A stretch of DNA of 64,000 bases. Origin: Tubiluchus corallicola. Taxonomy: Eukaryota > Animalia > Priapulida. Below the pieces are notes generated by a model. It was not told where the DNA came from and did not search any database. It saw only the letters and a program-made list of their open reading frames with translations. Positions 59,001 through 64,000 of the stretch are shown here, one piece after another. Position numbers and translations under genes: made by a program. The first letter of the stretch is position 1, and each line of letters opens with the position of its first letter. The stretch is taken from NCBI GenBank assembly GCA_030141605.1, contig JAQGDQ010000751.1:1-64000 (forward strand), given 5' to 3'.

Positions 59001-60904
59001 GACCATTATTATCTGTATAAGATTTTAACCTTTAAATGTGATTTACTTGCCTTTATAGACATACTCCAATGCATTGGCAATTGTTCTCATATCAGTCTCA
59101 ATGCTTTTTGACCAGTTTTCAACATCTCCAATTTCCTATAAAATGCAGTAAAAAGGCGCCATGAATTATTTTAAAGCACAAGAAAACCTTTTACTTACAT
59201 AAAAGTGGAAAATTCTTCTTAAAATTTTGCACCACCTATAAACTGCCTTATTGTGCATTAGAGTTTGTACTTGTACAACTGTATAAAACTTGAAAATTTA
59301 AACTTCAGTGATCAGCAGGATCATACAAAGTTTTACAATAGCCATGACATAAGCATAGTTTCTAAGTATTCATACATCAGCCATAAACACAGTTGCTAAA
59401 TATCCATCAATAGGACTAAGATGCAAATTAAATTACATTAATTTGGAAAAAAATGTTATCATGTAAATGGAAATGCTCTGGTGATGCTATGTAATATAAC
59501 TTTGTGTGGAAAGCTTTTTCTGGGATATACTTTAAAATTATCTTTTCTTCCACTTAAAGTTTTACTTCCACAAAAAACACACAACTTCCAAAACTATGTG
59601 AAATCACAATGCACATTATAATACAAACCAATTCATGTACATTATGGAAAGTCAGCAAGGTCGTACGAAGCTTTACCACAACAATGACATAAGCACTGTT
59701 TCTATGTATTCATCAATAGGACTTAGATGCAAATTAATTAACAAGTGCCAAAAAAATCTTACCATATACATGGGAAATCTAGTTGCAAATTGGACTTTAG
59801 TGGCAAAGTGAATAAGCACTGTGTTTTTAATTCTAAAAGTAATAAGTTAAAAAAGCATACATAGCAAAAAACAAATTAAAAAAAAACAAGAATCAGTAAA
59901 ATATGCACAGAATTTTCAATTGTATATTGTAAGTTACAATAACTTGTGGCACGCGATTCAGCATTGCAAATGAGAAAATTCACACCAGTTGCACGATATC
60001 ACTTGAAAATTGTAAACTTCAATAATTTGTTCTTCTGCAATGAAAAAATACATTGCTGAAGTTAACAAGAGATCATAAAGAGATCCAGAGATTATGGAGA
60101 TCAATATTACCTTCAAAGCTTGATTGAATCCTTCGACTAGTTTCAACCATTGTGTAGTTTGTCTAGAAAACTGAGTAGCATTCAGCTGAAGCAACTTTGC
60201 CTCTGTATCAAGTCTTTTCTGATTAAGATATGCTTGTGATACACTAAACGACAGACAGACAAAAAACATTACCAACTTTACTTGTGAATTGGCTGTCTTG
60301 CTGTTTCTCTCAGCTATTTTTAACTTATTCTGTTTCATAACATTCTGAAAAATGAATATATTGATATTTAAAATGAAAAAAGGCATTACTATTGCTGCAC
60401 ATTTCTGTAATAAGTAATGCTTGACTAAAAATGAAATACAAATGAACAAACAAAACATGCTGCCTACTACTTTCATTATCATACATACCCAGCATTTAAA
60501 TGATCTACTAGAGCATGTGTTACTGCTGCTGCACATTCATTGGCTTCTTTTTTTAATTTTTCTGGAAACAGGGATACAGTTTACAAACATAGGTTACCAT
60601 TTATATTATAGGTTGATAAACATTTACTGATACGACACATCAAGCTACAAGGCAATCACTTTACTAACTAAGCATGAAAATATATAAAATTTCATTGTAT
60701 TAACTTAGTGTGACAGCTTTGATCAAGCTTAGAATAGGCTCAGTAGGTCCTACTAGTAATATTACGAATGTGGTCAGTCATCGATCATTAACTATAATGT
60801 TATGGATAAACCCATTTTTTGTGGTTTATAAAAACAGACATACCTTGGACCTCTTTTCTAGCCTGTTGTTTAGCTTGGTGCTGTTTTGCAAGTGAGGACA
60901 ACAT
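56077..60904 (-). CDS. BLOC1S1: Biogenesis of lysosome-related organelles complex 1 subunit 1 (GCN5L1/BLOS1)
   Basis: Exons 60904-60844, 60561-60489, 60243-60111, 59135-59051, plus a probable last exon 56120-56077 reached via a GC donor (131 aa). Alternatively it ends GK-stop at 59043 (119 aa). Motifs [50 protein letters not shown]. Confidence 0.93.
56276..58754 (-). mobile_element. Full-length but inactivated pogo/Tigger (TIGD-like) DNA transposon, ~2.5 kb
   Basis: TIRs (c)agtataatccaYttatRaca with TA flanks. Frameshifted transposase at ~57085-58380 with CENP-B-type HTH ([15 protein letters not shown]...GGPVSG), [17 protein letters not shown] and [11 protein letters not shown]. Confidence 0.92.
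58800..58935. mobile_element. Short pogo-type MITE, truncated copy
   Basis: ta-cagtcaaacctctttatac..., homologous to 46163-46318. Confidence 0.7.
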
Positions 60905-61411
60905 GATCACTCACGTTTTACCGACTACAGCAAACTTCAAATGGTTAAGTTGTTCATCATCCTACGAAAAAAATATAAAACTATATAAAAATATAATATA
61001 TATGGAAAACACCTTTTTGGCTTTGACAATGAATCAATAACAATAACCAACACAACTTTTTCATATTAGTATCTAACAATTTGATTGTCTGAAATCATTT
61101 AAAAAAAGGTTGGTAAATAAGATACATGTTGACGATTTTTGTATGAGTTAAAATGCACACTGAATTTATGTCTGCAATATTTATTTAGGCATGGGACGAA
61201 AACGCCACCTCATTCGCTGTTCGTATTACAAGTGTAGTGTTAGTACTCACAGTATTATATATATTAATTGAATGTTTAGCTTAATTTAGAGCAACTGGTC
61301 TAACATACACTGTTTAGTTCCTTATAGATGCTTACACTAGCTCGAAAAGGACCAACTGAGCACTTCACTGTTTGCAATACAAGTGTAGTGTTAATACTCA
61401 CAATACTATAT

Positions 61412-61946
61412 GTGTGCTTGCAAGCCAAAACCGTCCATAAGTCCGCATAGTTAAAACTATGTTACGATACTTAAAAGTAGAAAGCACCAAAATTTGGTCA
61501 AAAATATCGATTTTTTATTTTTATGAAAACAAATGCTAAATATATTGAACTTTTCTAACATCAAATTATCAGGAAAATGTCCAAAAAATATGAAAAATCT
61601 AATTTTGTAACTTCTTACACAGTTTTCTGTCTAGAAACTAGTTATGCAATTGTAAAAACTTGTATTTTCTAACTCTGATTATAGCCCGTGGAAGAGCCAT
61701 TTTGCTTCGGGTTTTTTCTGTTGACAAGACCAGATCTTCATCAGGAAGAGCCACCTACTGGATTTAAACGTAACTTCAATTTGCTCTTGTAAAATCCATA
61801 GCAACCACACTTTCGATAAGTTGCTAAGTGTTTTGTCGAGACACGATAGAAAACAATGGCTGATTTTAACAGCATTTTTCTCAAGATTAGGTTTTTCAGT
61901 GCACCTCAAATTCAACCTGGATTATCTCAGCTTTGAAATAACATAG
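61412..61946 (+). repeat. Interspersed repeat, copy 2 (empty site relative to 13005-13651)
   Basis: Colinear with 13005-13651 but lacks the 99-bp insert at the T-tract (~61511-61522). Confidence 0.9.
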
Positions 61947-62427
61947 GCCAATGAGCACATAATTAATGTTATCGGGCAATGGACGAGGATTCCCACAAAG
62001 TCTAGACAAAAGGGCAGCCTGATTTTTAGCTGAACACAGAAAAGAGCCTAGTTGGACGTCGGCACTGGAGCTCAAACTATCGAATGCTACCTTCCTGTGT
62101 CCAAACGGCGGTGCCCATATGTTCTGTCCCCTTTAATCTAGACTTTATGCCTGGGGTAACTGCATCTCATTTCGGGTATTCGAATTGTTTCCAGTGGCTG
62201 AGGGTTAACAGTTGTAGAGGGGTTAACTCTTTGGTAGTTCTAACTAGTGCAGCGCATACATGTGCTAGTATTTGAAACATACCCCTTTTGAGGTAATGTT
62301 CCTTATTCGCTGTCTATGGCAGATATCCTAACATTATATTTAGCAGAAAATTTTAGTCTTACTTGCAGATTCAATTTCTCTGGCTTTAGGATTTATCACT
62401 GATTCGCATTGCAAGAGTTCACCAAGA

Positions 62428-64000
62428 CATCATCATCATACTCCCGTCACGTCTATTGTAGACATTGGGCAGGCAGAATTCTAAACTATAAGAAGACAGC
62501 GGTGATTGTGACACTAGACAATACCGGACATCTTTCAAATGCGTTAGAAAAAATGATATTTGCCCTTGCGATACTCGACTCTCTCCACCTATCAGAGGCG
62601 GGCACCTTTATAGGGTGCTAAGTCTGTTCTTCTATAACGCCGATCTTTTAGTTGTCTTTTCCAAGTTTAATGTCTTTATTTGTCTTTATCCTGTATTACA
62701 TGCATTCGTTCACTAGATTTCTAATTTCTAGCAGTTCTTCCTTTTCATTGTTCTTTAACCTCTTCTGCATTGCATGTGTCTATGTAATTTTGTCGTTTCC
62801 ACTCGGTATGCCTTAACAATCCTAATTTAGTGCTGCTCCTGCAATTTCTGCACATTCATTCCTTGTACAACATTCAATATTATTCTTTATTTCTTTCTTC
62901 CATTCAGACTTTTTCATGACCTTCACCCTTTCTTTATCATCTATGGTATATTTTTTGTACCTCAACTAGTTCATTATACCATGACCTTTCATGTGCACTG
63001 TATATTTGCATTTCGAGTACCTCTGACGCTAATCTCTTTGGTTTACTTATCAGTAAATTCTGATAGAACATCAATCTCCTATAATTTACTTTATGTTTTA
63101 GAGGCCATATGCCTATTCCAGTTACTAATTCCGCAGTATGGCATTGATTCACTAAGATTAAATAAGGTTTTTAAAGCATTTGCTTGAATCTTTTCTAATT
63201 TCTCCCAATCAGTTGTTGTAAAATTTGAATATGTCTCAGAACTATTTAGCACTGCACTCACTGAAAGAAGCTCGTACAGCATTAGTTTTACCCCTATTGA
63301 GCAATCTCCCACTTTCAGCTCACCTCCTATTGTGTTGATATAATTAATTATCATTTTATTTTTCCCGGTTCATTTTCCCAACATTGTTTCATAACTACAT
63401 TTTGTATTAATCCAATCTCCCAAATATTGGTATTCCTCTGCTTCCTTAACCTTTCCGTTCCTTAGAGACTCACATAGTTCTGGAAACCTTTTCTTTCGTG
63501 TCATGTTAGTTCTCATATATTGTGTTTTCTGTATATTGAATGATAATCTTTTGGTTCTTTCAATTTCTTGACAGTTTTTAACCATCTGTTTGACTATAGT
63601 TTCTTGTCCTATTCGTCAATATCGTCAATGAATAATAACATACCCACATGTATATTCCTGTCCATTACAGTCCCTGTTATCACCATCTCATTAATCCGGT
63701 TTATTGCAGCACAACATAGTAATGGTCCCAGCACTGTTCCCTGTCGGACTATTTCATTTATTTCTATCTGGTCTGTTTTACCCAGTGGTGTTTCTATAAC
63801 TATTTCTGTAATTTCATTTAGTTTATATATCATAAAAATTTCTCCTGGTGATATGCCCATCCTCCATAATTCTGTCAATGCATCTTTCAACCACAATTTA
63901 TCAAAACACTTTTCTATGTCACAAAAAATTATGTACACTTCATTTTTATAAAACCTGTTATACTCTAACATTGCCCTCAAGGTGTACAAATGGTCATAGA
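62428..64000 (-). mobile_element. Non-LTR retrotransposon RT region and 3' end (disrupted; runs off the window)
   Basis: CDIEKCFDKLW, VRQGTVLGPLL, LLFIDDI and YQYLGD in successive frameshifted ORFs. The 3'UTR ends in a short (TGA)n tail near 62430. Confidence 0.92.

Noticed and set aside
59958-60536. 192-aa ORF as a single-exon protein
   Set aside because: Read-through across BLOC1S1 introns; only 60243-60111 is coding in this frame.

Overview
AT-rich, intron-rich eukaryotic (invertebrate animal) genomic DNA. Most ORF-track entries are spurious, because the real genes are split into short exons. By hand-splicing GT/AG boundaries with phase checks I reconstruct five complete genes: a C2orf50/CIMIP5-like ciliary protein (+, 7052-8227), C1GALT1-like T-synthase (+, 9806-20364), Tousled-like kinase (-, 22285-41229, 18 coding exons), PYM1/wibg (+, 47312-52107) and BLOC1S1 (-, 56077-60904). 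There is also one isolated myosin-IX-like motor exon (-, 792-881) whose upstream exons I could not find. Introns and intergenic DNA hold pogo/Tigger and hAT elements and MITEs, decayed LINE fragments, tandem duplications and microsatellites. The most notable oddities are the orphan myosin exon, a 99-bp copy of the C1GALT1 upstream region inserted into its own intron, a recursive-splice-type exon in TLK, a GC-AG alternative last exon in BLOC1S1, a hAT element in the PYM1 3'UTR and an 85-bp-arm inverted repeat between converging genes. I found no evidence of a wholly new multi-gene system. Homolog comparisons are from memory; no searches were run.
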